Shown here one piece after another: positions 27,792-37,322 of a DNA stretch of 57,439 nt. Below the pieces are notes generated by a model. The model saw only the letters and a list, made by a program, of their open reading frames with translations, searched no databases and had not been told where the DNA came from. The translations under genes and the position numbers were made by a program. How positions within the stretch are numbered: position 1 is the first letter of the stretch; each line of letters starts with the position of its first letter. Origin of the DNA: a virus (Duplodnaviria > Caudoviricetes); the IMG/VR virus record IMGVR_UViG_3300046737_000215, positions 1-57,439 of that record; one strand, given 5' to 3'.

Positions 27792-29021
27792 TTAGAGAGA
27801 ACGGGTGCTGAGCTTCAAATGTCCGAGCTGGGCAACGCGCTCCGAGTAGCAGTTTCCGAGGGTCAGGATCGTGAACGCCAGGAGACCGGTCGTGGGCGAG
27901 TAGGTGAAACGGTCACCTGCAGGCTTGAACAGGTCCGCCATGGGGCCAGCGGTTCCGAGCGTGAACGCGTCGGCGGGGACGAGGTACGCGTTGCCGATTG
28001 GGCAGTGGCGATCCTCGGCGAGCGTGTATCCGAGCACGGTCTTGGTCTTGATACCAACGTTGTACTTGGAGGGCATCTCGCCGTCCACAACGCGGATACC
28101 TTCGATCGAAGACTCGATCTCGGCCACGTCGAGGGGGTTCATGAAGATCGGCGCCTTAGCGTCGAAATTGTTACCCAAAGCGAGCTTGAACTTCGCGAAG
28201 CCACGGATGAAGCCCTCGCGGACGCCATAGGACGAGACGTCCACGTACGTACCGGAGATGCGGCCCGGGGCAACCGTCTGGTCGACTCCGAGGAAGGTCG
28301 TCGGGACAGCAGGCGCCCAACCGTTGAGGCCATCGAGGTACGCGTTCAGCGTGTCCTGACGGAGCAAGCCGTCAAGGTTCGTGATGCCCGCGATGTTCGA
28401 CCACGCGGCGTCAGCCGTGATGGTGCCCGCGATCGGGTCCACCTTGGTGATCGTGACGAAGTCGCCCGAGTCACGGAGCGCGAACGCTGCCGCGGGGTCG
28501 CCGGCCACAACGCGCATTCCTGGCTCGAAAAGCGTCACTGCTTCCGGGGTCAGGTTGCCCGCTGCGTCGGTCAGCGTCGCGACGGTCGTCGAGAACGTGG
28601 CGAAAGCGCGAACGCCGTTGTTCGAGCGGTAAAGAGCTTCGTTGAGCTCCTGGCCGAACGCCTCGGTCGCACCGTCGATGTCGTTCGCAACGGCGTCGAT
28701 CAGCTGGCTCTCGTCCGTGCCGTACTGTGCGTTCTTGACGACGTCGTCGCTAAGCTCGCCGAAGTACCGAAGCGTGCGCTGCGGAACAACGTAACGCACA
28801 CCCTTGTTGCCCACGCGGTTGGCGTATGCGCCAGCTGCCGTGGTTCCGATGCCCTGGCCGTTGCTCAGGGGCGTCGAGATATAGACGCCGTTCTGCGAGG
28901 AGAACGTCGACTCGTGCTTCACATGCTTGAGGAGCGCGTTACCGGAGGTAAGTGCGTCAACCGACACACCGTTCCTGTAAAGGCGCTTTGCGGTCCATTC
29001 TACGTCAGCTTGCGCGGTCAT
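27792..29021 (-). CDS. Major capsid protein
   Basis: 409 aa after portal and scaffold; strong codon bias, own promoter and terminator; IFMNP..and EDRHCP..AYL segments typical of an HK97 fold. Confidence 0.82.
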   Translation of the reverse strand: MTAQADVEWTAKRLYRNGVSVDALTSGNALLKHVKHESTFSSQNGVYISTPLSNGQGIGTTAAGAYANRVGNKGVRYVVPQRTLRYFGELSDDVVKNAQYGTDESQLIDAVANDIDGATEAFGQELNEALYRSNNGVRAFATFSTTVATLTDAAGNLTPEAVTLFEPGMRVVAGDPAAAFALRDSGDFVTITKVDPIAGTITADAAWSNIAGITNLDGLLRQDTLNAYLDGLNGWAPAVPTTFLGVDQTVAPGRISGTYVDVSSYGVREGFIRGFAKFKLALGNNFDAKAPIFMNPLDVAEIESSIEGIRVVDGEMPSKYNVGIKTKTVLGYTLAEDRHCPIGNAYLVPADAFTLGTAGPMADLFKPAGDRFTYSPTTGLLAFTILTLGNCYSERVAQLGHLKLSTRSL

Positions 29022-29184
29022 GATAGTCTCTTTGAATCAAAATCTGCCGGGTCAACTAGCTAGCTTGTCGTGACCCAGGTGCCTCGTGACTAAGTAAGTT
29101 GGCTCGTACCGGGAACGTCCCTCGGCGACCGAATGTGGGTCCCGACGTCCGTCGCCTCGCTCGTGGGGTAACCCCGATTCATTT

Positions 29185-29213
29185 ACGATAACTCTTGCGT
29201 TCTGGGGGCGGCC
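29185..29213 (-). promoter_or_regulatory. GGCC-class late promoter for the capsid gene (leadered)
   Basis: GGCCGC-17-TATCGT immediately after a hairpin-plus-T-tract terminator (about 29215-29253). Confidence 0.7.
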
Positions 29214-29316
29214 CAAATAAAATCGGCCGGCTAGGCGCTACCCCGGCCGGCCGTACGCCGTGCTCTCTTCTGGTCCTGCTCAGGCATCCAGCCCGTTCGG
29301 CGGTCTTCTCCTACTA

Positions 29317-30405
29317 TCAGTCGTCGTCCGAGTCGGCGGCCTTGCGACGGCGAGCCTTCATCTCGGCCGCGAGCTCTGCCTTGACGTCTTCGCGGGTCTT
29401 CTTCGTGGTCCGAGCAGGCGGGTCGCGGGTGAGATCATCGAGTCCGCGGATTTCGACCTCTTCGTCGTCACCCTTCGACTTCTTCGCCTTGGGGGCATCT
29501 TCCTCGAACATCTTCTTGAAGACGTCCTTGAGGGCCGGGTTCTTCTTAATTGCAGCACGCATGGCTTTGTCGGAAGTGATGAGCTTCTCGGCGTTGTTCG
29601 CGAGGTTCTCTTCGAGGCGCTGCATAATCGGCATGACGTCTGTCACACCCTTCTCGTTCGCCTGGGTGAGGATTTCCTGAGTCGCCCACGGGACCGATGC
29701 CAGGAAAGGGAAGTCGTCCGAGTTCGCATCGAGGAACGCCGAGACCTTCTTGGTGTCAGCGGCCATGCGGGCTTCGGACTCGGCCTTCAGGGACTTCGCC
29801 TGCTCGGCGGCTTCGCGGTCGGACTTGTCCTTCTTGAGCTCCGCGATTTGGTCGAGGATCTCTTGGGGGACGGAAGGTTTGGCGCCGGGCGGCGCGTACT
29901 TCTTAGCGTTGATGCCCTTGACGAGGTCTTCGAAGGAGACGCCCAGGTGCTCCAGGATCGTCAGCGGGTTGGCCTTGCCGGCCTCGATGAGCTTGACGAG
30001 CTTGGCTGTCTCCTTGGTTGCTTTGTCGGCGGTCTGGATGGCTTCGTTCTTCTCGCGAAGGAGCTTCGCCAGGCGGAGGTCGTAGTCCGCGTCCGACTCG
30101 GACTTCCGCTGGTCGGGCACGTCAACGCCTGCGCGTTCGAGCTTCTCTTCCTTCGCTTCGATCTTCTTCTCGATGGCGGTTTCGGCCTTGGCTTCTACCT
30201 TCGGTTCCACCTTCGCCTTGGTCGCCTTCGGCGCCTCGTCGGCTTCGTCGTCCGATGCGTCCGCGGCAGCCGCCTTAGACCGTCGAGCGGCGAGCTCCGC
30301 GACGAGCTTGGCTCGGGCGTCCTTCGCTTTGACGGGGGTGTTCGCCGAGGGTACGTCTTGCTCGGGGGTGGTTACGTTGCTTGGCTCTTTTTGGATTTCG
30401 TCCAT
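29317..30405 (-). CDS. Capsid scaffolding protein
   Basis: Highly charged coiled coil between portal and capsid genes. Confidence 0.75.
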   Translation of the reverse strand: MDEIQKEPSNVTTPEQDVPSANTPVKAKDARAKLVAELAARRSKAAAADASDDEADEAPKATKAKVEPKVEAKAETAIEKKIEAKEEKLERAGVDVPDQRKSESDADYDLRLAKLLREKNEAIQTADKATKETAKLVKLIEAGKANPLTILEHLGVSFEDLVKGINAKKYAPPGAKPSVPQEILDQIAELKKDKSDREAAEQAKSLKAESEARMAADTKKVSAFLDANSDDFPFLASVPWATQEILTQANEKGVTDVMPIMQRLEENLANNAEKLITSDKAMRAAIKKNPALKDVFKKMFEEDAPKAKKSKGDDEEVEIRGLDDLTRDPPARTTKKTREDVKAELAAEMKARRRKAADSDDD

Positions 30406-30412
30406 GAGAGTT

Positions 30413-30441
30413 AGAGTAACCTAGACGTTTGACGGGGGGCC
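30413..30441 (-). promoter_or_regulatory. GGCC-class late promoter (leaderless)
   Basis: GGCCCC-17-TACTCT-7nt-ATG. Confidence 0.6.
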
Positions 30442-32349
30442 TCAGACCGGCGGGGCTCCGATGCCCGGGGCGAGGATTTGCGTGGGCAGTTCAGCGCCCA
30501 TCGGTGGCGCTCCCGGAGGTGCCATTCCGGGACCGGCGCCGGGGGCTGCGGGCGGCGGGGCTGCCTGGGCAGCGGCCTGGTCGAGCAACTCCTCGCAGAA
30601 AACCATAAAGTCTTCCAGGCGCTGGAGATCGTCCTCGTCCGCGCCCATGGTCGTTGCTTTGAGCTTGGCCTTCGTGACCAAGTCAACCGCCATCGCGAGG
30701 TCCTGGCGCGGGTCGGGCATGGGCTCGAAACCGTCAAGGAGCTGTTCGATCTGCCACCTGACGATGTCAAGGTGCGCAAGCTCCTGGGACGCATACGCGT
30801 CGAGGTCCGGGAACTGCAAAAGTTGCATCGAATACTGACGACTGACGAACCCTGCCTGTATCCACTCTTGCACTGCGGCCCACTTGCCTTGCGGGGTCGT
30901 GGGGAGCGCGGACAGAGCGGCCATCGTAAGCCGAGCGTCGCCTTGTGGTGGGCGAATCTCCAGCCAGTTCGAAGTCTTGAGGAAGCGAGACGACTGGGTC
31001 GTGCGCCCCTCGACGGCGATCTTGTAGTTCTCATCTCGGCTGGCCATGTCATCGTTCATGCGCTCGAAGAGCCTGGCGACACCCTGCATAGACGACTGAA
31101 AGCGAGTCACGTACTGGACCAACCGGCGAGACTGGACGTCGTCTGCGGCTCGGACGGCGACGCCCGAGTCCAGACCCTTACCCGCCCCCTGGCCTCCCAT
31201 CTGGGATGCCGAGAGGCCCTCGGACATCATCCAGCGCTCTGTTTCGAGCTCCACTTGTTGCTGAAGGTCGCCCAGGGTGCCTTCCCACTTCGCGAGGGTC
31301 GGCGGCCCGAATGCGGGCTCGTAGTTGAGCACTAGGCCGATGTCATTCGTGAACTTGGCGGGGGCAATCGAGCCGTCGCCGTTCGGGTTAAAGATGATGA
31401 TGTTCGACGCAAGGTCTTGCGCGCGCGCGATGCGGGTGATGAGCTGGTCGATACGGAGCTGGTGGGGCTCGCACGACTCGCCGAGGCCCGCGCCGTAGTA
31501 CCCCATGTCGCGCTCTCGAAACCGGAAGACCGAGCAGGGGAAGTCTGTGTGCGAGTAGCCCGTGTCAAGCAGCGTAAGCCCGTCGAGGCAAAGCACGTGC
31601 CGGCCCTTGCCCTTAGCGGTAGGTTTCAAATAGTAGGCGTCCACGCACTCTACGAAATCCTTGTGTGAGTAGCCCGCGCCGAGGCCAGCGGTCAGGATAT
31701 CGGACTGATACTCTCGGGACACTGCCGGCGCTCGCATAATCTCGGCGGCGTACTTCGGCAGCTGGGCGGCGAGCTGGTGACGCGACATAATGCGCGTTCG
31801 GGCCAGGCAGCGGGGCTTCATCGTCATCCCGTCGAGGTGCTCGACGTAAACCGACTCTGCCACTTCGCGCTCAACTGTCACGAGCCCGGTAACCGGGTCG
31901 AACTTCTGGAACACGAAGCCGGTGCCGATCTTGAGGGCGTCCAAGAGAGCGCGCTTGCACGCCTCCTTGACTTCGTCGGACATTTGACCCTGCAAAACCT
32001 CGGAGGCCCGCTCCGCTTTGCGCATGAGCTTGAAGTCCGCCCCGACAGTTATATATTGTGGAATGCTGGGCGCCTGGCCGATGAGCGAGAAAGCCGTATC
32101 CACGCCCGCCGCGGTAAGATTATACCCGATGTGAGGCGCCCCACCCTCCTGCTCGCGGCCGAACCAATAGCGGCTGGTGCCCTCCGACCGGAGGCCCGTG
32201 GGGTTGCCGCGCGAGTAGAGGTCGCGATGTAGCGCCCAATCCTCTCGCATATCGGCTTGTTGGCGCCGGCAGTGATTGACGAAGGCGAAGACATCTTTGT
32301 GGGCCTGGCCCCTCGGCTCTTGAAACCAGCTACACCCGTTTTGTGTCAT
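30442..32349 (-). CDS. Portal protein
   Basis: 635 aa; DALKIGTGFV, GYYGAGL, SGVAVR motifs and a Pro/Gly tail; synteny. Confidence 0.85.
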   Translation of the reverse strand: MTQNGCSWFQEPRGQAHKDVFAFVNHCRRQQADMREDWALHRDLYSRGNPTGLRSEGTSRYWFGREQEGGAPHIGYNLTAAGVDTAFSLIGQAPSIPQYITVGADFKLMRKAERASEVLQGQMSDEVKEACKRALLDALKIGTGFVFQKFDPVTGLVTVEREVAESVYVEHLDGMTMKPRCLARTRIMSRHQLAAQLPKYAAEIMRAPAVSREYQSDILTAGLGAGYSHKDFVECVDAYYLKPTAKGKGRHVLCLDGLTLLDTGYSHTDFPCSVFRFRERDMGYYGAGLGESCEPHQLRIDQLITRIARAQDLASNIIIFNPNGDGSIAPAKFTNDIGLVLNYEPAFGPPTLAKWEGTLGDLQQQVELETERWMMSEGLSASQMGGQGAGKGLDSGVAVRAADDVQSRRLVQYVTRFQSSMQGVARLFERMNDDMASRDENYKIAVEGRTTQSSRFLKTSNWLEIRPPQGDARLTMAALSALPTTPQGKWAAVQEWIQAGFVSRQYSMQLLQFPDLDAYASQELAHLDIVRWQIEQLLDGFEPMPDPRQDLAMAVDLVTKAKLKATTMGADEDDLQRLEDFMVFCEELLDQAAAQAAPPPAAPGAGPGMAPPGAPPMGAELPTQILAPGIGAPPV

Positions 32350-32355
32350 GCCCCC

Positions 32356-32384
32356 AGTCTAAAGGGCGGGTGGCTTTATCGGCC
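32356..32384 (-). promoter_or_regulatory. GGCC-class late promoter (leaderless)
   Basis: GGCCGA-17-TAGACT-6nt-ATG. Confidence 0.7.
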
Positions 32385-32561
32385 GCGCCTAGGGAACCGC
32401 TCCAGCTCGTCTGCGGGCGCCTCCCGTCCCGGGGCGGCCGGTCTCCCAGCCAGCCCGGAGAAGGTGGCTTTGCGGTCGCCAGACTCCACGACGGTGGCGC
32501 CTAGCGCCCGAAGCTCCTTGCAAAGCGCGATGAACGCCTCGTCGGCTGGGGTCAGAAGCAT
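32376..32561 (-). CDS. Hypothetical protein
   Basis: 61 aa; LCKELRALGATVVE resembles the core of 35811..36044. Confidence 0.55.
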   Translation of the reverse strand: MLLTPADEAFIALCKELRALGATVVESGDRKATFSGLAGRPAAPGREAPADELERFPRRGR

Positions 32562-32674
32562 GACTTGATACCCAGGCAGAAGGATGCGCAGCCGACGGCC
32601 ACGACGCTAACGGTGCCAGGCTCCCAGCCGAAGGCCAACGCGGTAACAACCCCGAGAACTAGACCGATGTACAT
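32552..32674 (-). CDS. 40-aa hydrophobic peptide
   Basis: MYIGLVLGVVTALAFGWEPG...; GAGG SD; fills the gap between genes. Confidence 0.45.
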   Translation of the reverse strand: MYIGLVLGVVTALAFGWEPGTVSVVAVGCASFCLGIKSCF

Positions 32675-32683
32675 TCCCTCAAG

Positions 32684-33349
32684 TTACTCGCTGTCCGACC
32701 CGTCGTCAACTATTTCCGCTTCGGCGGGCTCGCCGGCGGTCAACTGGGGCACCGAGTCGACCTGTTGCTTAGCCAGCGCGAGCAGCGTAGCGGTAGGCAG
32801 CGAGGCGATGTCGACCTTGTTGCCCGCGGACGCCTCGACAGATATCTTGCTGGCAAGGTGCCAACGTCGTGCGGCGAACCGCTCAAGCATCCAGGCGGCG
32901 GCCTTCCAGTCGTGAGATGCCGCACTACCTATGCAGGCGATCAAGCTCGCTTCGTACTGGGCCTTCGCCTCGTGGACGCGGTCGAGCCAGTAGATATACG
33001 GCGACTCGCCTTTGTCGAAGCCGCCGATTAGGCCCTTCTCCTTGTGCGCGCGCGCGGTCTTCGACCAGCTCTTCCACAGCTCGCCTTTGATGCCGATGGA
33101 GGCCGCGGCGACGTGCACGGGCACGCCGACCTTGACGAGCTCCGCCATCGCGGCGGCGCGCTTCGGGGTGATGGAGTTGCAGTCTGGGTCGGGGTCCGAA
33201 AAGTCCAGAACGATGCCCTCGTCCGAGTCCAAGCGGTCGTCTTCCGAGTCGACGTGGTCGTACGGAGCCGCAGAGCCCCCACGTCGGTGCTTTCCGTAGC
33301 CGGGCTTAGGCGATCCTTGCCTAGGCGTTTTCGGTGCTCCCCAGCCCAT
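32684..33349 (-). CDS. terS: Terminase small subunit-like HTH protein
   Basis: HTH (VHVAAASIGI..LWKSW) and DWKAAAWMLER; upstream of the portal. Confidence 0.7.
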   Translation of the reverse strand: MGWGAPKTPRQGSPKPGYGKHRRGGSAAPYDHVDSEDDRLDSDEGIVLDFSDPDPDCNSITPKRAAAMAELVKVGVPVHVAAASIGIKGELWKSWSKTARAHKEKGLIGGFDKGESPYIYWLDRVHEAKAQYEASLIACIGSAASHDWKAAAWMLERFAARRWHLASKISVEASAGNKVDIASLPTATLLALAKQQVDSVPQLTAGEPAEAEIVDDGSDSE

Positions 33350-33350
33350 A

Positions 33351-33782
33351 CTACGCCCCGACGATGATTCTGGCGAACGGCACGCGCCCTTGAACCGTAA
33401 TCCGCGCCTTCGCCGCGGCTAAAGTCGCCTGCTCTCGGCGGCAGAAGCGCGAGGTGACCATCTGCGAGGCGAGCTCCATCCGAAACTCGGCCAACGCGAG
33501 ACGCTCCGAGCGGTCGGTAGCGGAAAAGCCGCCTCGTGCGCCAGGAAACGCGGAATCCGACAACGTTTCCACGCGCCAGAAGCCGTTTTTGTCCTCGAAC
33601 GCCATGACGTCCACGTCGAGGATGTCGGTGGTGCGCTCGGGGCCGTCTATTTCGTGACGACGTGCGCCCTCGACCCAACTCTGGTAGAGCTCCTTGCCCA
33701 TTCCGCGGATGCGTTCACCGGCGTCGATGCCTTCAAGGACTTTCAGCTGCTCGCGGACGCGAGTTTTGCGGTCATCACTCAT
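33351..33782 (-). CDS. Hypothetical protein
   Basis: Translationally coupled ORF in the late operon. Confidence 0.65.
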   Translation of the reverse strand: MSDDRKTRVREQLKVLEGIDAGERIRGMGKELYQSWVEGARRHEIDGPERTTDILDVDVMAFEDKNGFWRVETLSDSAFPGARGGFSATDRSERLALAEFRMELASQMVTSRFCRREQATLAAAKARITVQGRVPFARIIVGA

Positions 33783-34060
33783 TTGGGGCTCACCTTTTCC
33801 TTCAGTTTCGCCGGTTTTGGTGTCGCCGGGACGACAACTACGGGCAAGGGTTCGGAGGCAGGCGCAGCGAAAACCGCGCCGAAGCAGTTAGAAAGCGCGA
33901 AACGGGATTCGGCCCCGTCAGCCGCGGTGAGAATGACCGTCTGGCCGTCCACTTCGATGCTGAGCGTCGGCGACGCGTCGAAGCGCGCGAAGAGCAACCC
34001 GTTGCGCGGGTCAATGGCGTCTCGGCCAGGCCGTAGCCGCACGTAAGAGCACTTCTTCAT
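33779..34060 (-). CDS. Hypothetical protein
   Basis: ATGA overlaps on both sides. Confidence 0.6.
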   Translation of the reverse strand: MKKCSYVRLRPGRDAIDPRNGLLFARFDASPTLSIEVDGQTVILTAADGAESRFALSNCFGAVFAAPASEPLPVVVVPATPKPAKLKEKVSPK

Positions 34061-34458
34061 AGGTCCCCCGGCACATGGAATCCATAACGGACCGCGGTCT
34101 CTTTCCAACGCTCGGACGGGAAGAAGGACTCCAGCGACGCCTCGGGGCTAATCCGGTCGTAGGTCGCGACGAGGAGCTCCTTGGCGATGCCCTGGCGGCG
34201 TTCGCCATCGCGGACATACACATGCACCAAGACGATCCCGTCCTCTTCCAAGAACATGGAGAAGCCGAGGGCGCGGTGGCCGCGTCGGGCGACGAGGACT
34301 TGGGCCTTGGAGAGGATGTCGTTAACGAGAGGGTTGACGATCGCGTAGGCTTCGAAGTTCGGGCGGTCTGAGAGGAGCGTCGATTTGACGTGCTCCTTGG
34401 CCGCTTTGGCTACGAAGGACGTTTCGTCCAACTTCATGGGGGAAATGGCTTGGCTCAC
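34057..34458 (-). CDS. GNAT acetyltransferase
   Basis: HVYVRDGERRQGIAKELL acetyl-CoA binding motif. Confidence 0.8.
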   Translation of the reverse strand: MSQAISPMKLDETSFVAKAAKEHVKSTLLSDRPNFEAYAIVNPLVNDILSKAQVLVARRGHRALGFSMFLEEDGIVLVHVYVRDGERRQGIAKELLVATYDRISPEASLESFFPSERWKETAVRYGFHVPGDL

Positions 34459-34464
34459 TCGTCA

Positions 34465-34493
34465 ACGGTAACCCAGACCTTTAGCGGGCGGCC
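34465..34493 (-). promoter_or_regulatory. GGCC-class late promoter (leaderless)
   Basis: GGCCGC-17-TACCGT-6nt-GTG. Confidence 0.7.
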
Positions 34494-34687
34494 TGGCTAG
34501 GCGCCGAAAGACGCCCGGAGCGCGCCGATAGCGACGGCCAGCCCGTCCGGGTCGTTCTTCGGCCACTTCCTCCGGAGCTCTTCGGCGCCGGCTTTGGCGG
34601 CGTGGAGCGCGCGCATAAGGCGCGGGACGTTATCCCACGGGGACGCACGTCCACGGAAGATGTCGTCTGCCCACTGGTACGAGTCTT

Positions 34688-34918
34688 TCATGGCCACATC
34701 CCAAATGCGAAGTCGAGTTCCGCGTCTAAATCTTCGCTGAGCTCCAGCACGGGAATGGCGACTGCCGCCGGACACCACGGACAGCACTCCGATTCCGGGT
34801 GGAATTGCTCGTGCTTGCGGCATTGCACCAACCGCGACGGCTGCGGACCGAGGCGGCGGTTCGGATTGGCGGCGAGGTGGTCGCCGAGGAGCTTGAGTTC
34901 TTCTTTCGGATTAGCCAC
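34688..34918 (-). CDS. Small Cys/His protein
   Basis: CRKH..CCPWC; GAAAGG SD. Confidence 0.55.
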   Translation of the reverse strand: MANPKEELKLLGDHLAANPNRRLGPQPSRLVQCRKHEQFHPESECCPWCPAAVAIPVLELSEDLDAELDFAFGMWP

Positions 34919-34965
34919 GGGGTGCCTTTCGGGCGACGAACGAGAGAGCCCATACCACTAGGTAC

Positions 34966-35151
34966 CTAAGCATCGAGCGACCTCCGCTTGCCGGTCGGGT
35001 CGTAGCGGGTCATGGGGTCGTCTGCCTCGGCGTCGACCCAATCAAGGACCGGCCAGTACATCCCGGACTCTTCGTCGATGAGGAGTTGGTCCGCGTAGTC
35101 ATGCCATTGGCCGAGGAGGAAGTTGAGTACCGAGCGGTCGATGTCGTTCAT
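34966..35151 (-). CDS. Small acidic hypothetical protein
   Basis: TTGACC-18-TACTCT-6nt-ATG. Confidence 0.6.
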   Translation of the reverse strand: MNDIDRSVLNFLLGQWHDYADQLLIDEESGMYWPVLDWVDAEADDPMTRYDPTGKRRSLDA

Positions 35152-35183
35152 CTCGTTAGAGTACCGCCCGGAGGGGCGGCAGG

Positions 35184-35486
35184 TCAAGTCCGAAAGGCCC
35201 CTTGGTGGTGAGCGTCGATGATGGCTGCGCGATGCCGCTTAAACGCGAGCTCCAACCAATATGGGATCGTGTATGCCGGATCTTTAGAGACGACCCAGAA
35301 GAGTTGCTGGGCGGCCTGCTCCGGGTCGCCGTGGTCGGCGAGGGCGGAGAGCCACAGCAACCACAGACACGAGTCGATGGCGGTAGTGTAGTTGGCACGG
35401 ATGGCGCCGCCCAGGGGCAGCGACTGGGCGCGGAGCATTCCCTTGACGCTCATCGGTTTTGGAAACTGGCTTAGCTCGTTAGACAT
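35184..35486 (-). CDS. Hypothetical protein
   Basis: 100-aa ORF in operon context. Confidence 0.6.
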   Translation of the reverse strand: MSNELSQFPKPMSVKGMLRAQSLPLGGAIRANYTTAIDSCLWLLWLSALADHGDPEQAAQQLFWVVSKDPAYTIPYWLELAFKRHRAAIIDAHHQGAFRT

Positions 35487-35490
35487 CTGG

Positions 35491-35790
35491 TTACTCGCTC
35501 TCGCTCTCGGTCTCTGAAAAGTTCTCGTCTACGGCGTAGACCACATCCGCGCCGCCTAGGCGCTCGAAGCTCGGTCGGCCGCGGGCCAGATGGTCCAGCG
35601 CGAATCCGCTTTGCGCGAGCCAGCGGCGCACGGTCAGCGGGGCGACCGAGTGCTTGCGGGCTAGGTGGGTGACGATGAGCGCGGTTGGCCCGCGGGCAGC
35701 GACGATTTCGGCGGCCTCGGCGAGGACAGCTCGTCGGGCAATGGACAGCGCCTGCTTGGTGCGGCGCTTCAACTCGTTTAGGTTTTGCAT
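35491..35790 (-). CDS. TetR-like HTH DNA-binding protein
   Basis: LAEAAEIVAARGPTALIVTHLARKHSVAPLTVRRW; preceded by GGCCGC-17-TAAGAT-6nt-ATG (35797-35825). Confidence 0.6.
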   Translation of the reverse strand: MQNLNELKRRTKQALSIARRAVLAEAAEIVAARGPTALIVTHLARKHSVAPLTVRRWLAQSGFALDHLARGRPSFERLGGADVVYAVDENFSETESESE

Positions 35791-35810
35791 GGCCTTATCT
35801 TACCGTGCCT

Positions 35811-36044
35811 TTATCGGGTGCGGCCGGTCGATGGGTCGGCCCCGTCCGGCTCTTCCTCTTCGTCGCCGCCGTCACCGAAGCCGATAGGCCCCGACGAGCG
35901 GGCGTCCGTTTCTAGGGGCGCCGGGGACTCGACGTGGTACTCGTTGCCGTTGTACTTGACTGACACGTGGGCGTACCCCGCCGCCCGAAGGGCAAGGACG
36001 TGCTGGCGGAAGGACAGTAGGTCGCGGTCGAACTTGGTTGCCAT
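35811..36044 (-). CDS. Hypothetical protein
   Basis: GGAG SD, 77 aa. Confidence 0.6.
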   Translation of the reverse strand: MATKFDRDLLSFRQHVLALRAAGYAHVSVKYNGNEYHVESPAPLETDARSSGPIGFGDGGDEEEEPDGADPSTGRTR

Positions 36045-36045
36045 T

Positions 36046-36489
36046 TTACTTCTCCTCCGGGAGTCCGTTAGCCCAGTCGCGGGCGATCCTCTGAAGGCCG
36101 ACGAGCTGCTTGGCGCGCTCGGCGGCGTAGGCGGCGCAGGCGGCGTCGTAGGCGGCGTAGGCGGCGTCGGCGTAGGCGGCGTCGGCGTAGGCGGCGGCGG
36201 CGTCGTCGGCGGCGTAGGCGGCGTAGGCGGCGTCGGCGGCGGCGTAGGCGGCGTAGGCGGCGTCGGCGGCGGCGTCGGCGGCGGCGCGGCCTTTTGCGCG
36301 CTTGGCGCATACGCGGACGAATCGGGCTAGCCGGAACTCTCGCCCCATCAGCCAAATCAGCCAGTCGACTCGGGGGCAGCTACCGACGATTTCGGCGGCG
36401 TCTTCGGAGAGGTGTTGCAGTACGTAGGTCGCGGCGCTGAGGCACGCACGGTGCTTGTCCATCGTCAGTAGCAGTTCGGTTTTCGTCAT
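36046..36489 (-). CDS. Protein with an AAYAA/AAD low-complexity repeat
   Basis: GGAG SD; 36121-36290 is an array of GCC/TAC/GAC codons. Confidence 0.75.
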   Translation of the reverse strand: MTKTELLLTMDKHRACLSAATYVLQHLSEDAAEIVGSCPRVDWLIWLMGREFRLARFVRVCAKRAKGRAAADAAADAAYAAYAAADAAYAAYAADDAAAAYADAAYADAAYAAYDAACAAYAAERAKQLVGLQRIARDWANGLPEEK

Positions 36490-36641
36490 TTGCTTAGCTC
36501 CTGGTCTAAGGTAGCGGGTTGGTCGGACAGTAGCTATGGATTTCTTTAGAAGCGGTATCGATTATCGAAAAGCTGAATGACCGCGGGCGTGTTCCGGTTG
36601 TGTCTAGTAGAGTAGCGACCTAGCCCTCTTAGGTCAGTCGC

Positions 36642-37322
36642 CTAATCTCTCGGCCCGAAGCCCCCGCGATCGTATGGATCGGCGGGCATGCGGAAGAGCT
36701 GGTCCAGCCCGCGGCCGTGCCAGTCCTCTATGTGCCGAAGCCCGCGGTAGCTAGGGACGTCCAGGACCTCCGCCCACTCGGGCCATTCGCGGTCCGGGAT
36801 GTAGACAATCGCCTTGTATAGGAGCTGCCATCGCACTTGGCGTCGCTGCTCTCCGGTGAGGCCGTGGTCGAGCTTAGGCGGCGGCTCCAGAATCCAACGC
36901 AACACTGCGTGAAACGTAGTCGCGTATTCGTCCGAGATGGCTTCCAACATATTCGCCTCCTCTTGGGTTAGGCGCACTTGCAAGCGAACCGAGCGGGCCG
37001 CGTTCGTTGCTTTGACGGCTCGGGCGTGGGCGGCTTTGCGGACCCGGTACTCAGGGTCGTACTGGGCGGCGCCGACCCGGGCCCGTCGACGTTGGAGCTG
37101 GATGATCTCCTGCTCGACGCCGTCAGGCGTAGCGTTCTCGGGGACGACCATCCAAACCTTCAGAAGCTCTGATACGGACGCGCCGGTTTTGGCGGCGAGC
37201 CGGAGCAGCCGAGAGTGCTCGTCAGGCGTCATGTTGACTTCCTGGTCGAGGGCGGGGCCGTCGTCCGAGATGTCGGCGGAGTCCATGATGGGGTCGAGGA
37301 AGGTGTCTAGATAGTTTGCCAT
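36642..37322 (-). CDS. Tandem ribbon-helix-helix (CopG/MobC-like) DNA-binding protein
   Basis: EVNMTPDEHSRLLRLAAKTGASVSELL and VRLTQEEANMLEAIS..FHAVLR; TTGACT-18-TATTTT-7nt-ATG. Confidence 0.6.
   Translation of the reverse strand: MANYLDTFLDPIMDSADISDDGPALDQEVNMTPDEHSRLLRLAAKTGASVSELLKVWMVVPENATPDGVEQEIIQLQRRRARVGAAQYDPEYRVRKAAHARAVKATNAARSVRLQVRLTQEEANMLEAISDEYATTFHAVLRWILEPPPKLDHGLTGEQRRQVRWQLLYKAIVYIPDREWPEWAEVLDVPSYRGLRHIEDWHGRGLDQLFRMPADPYDRGGFGPRD

Noticed and set aside
27819-30414. Long plus-strand ORFs (414 and 384 aa) opposite the capsid and scaffold genes
   Set aside because: Antisense mirror ORFs expected from strong GC3 bias
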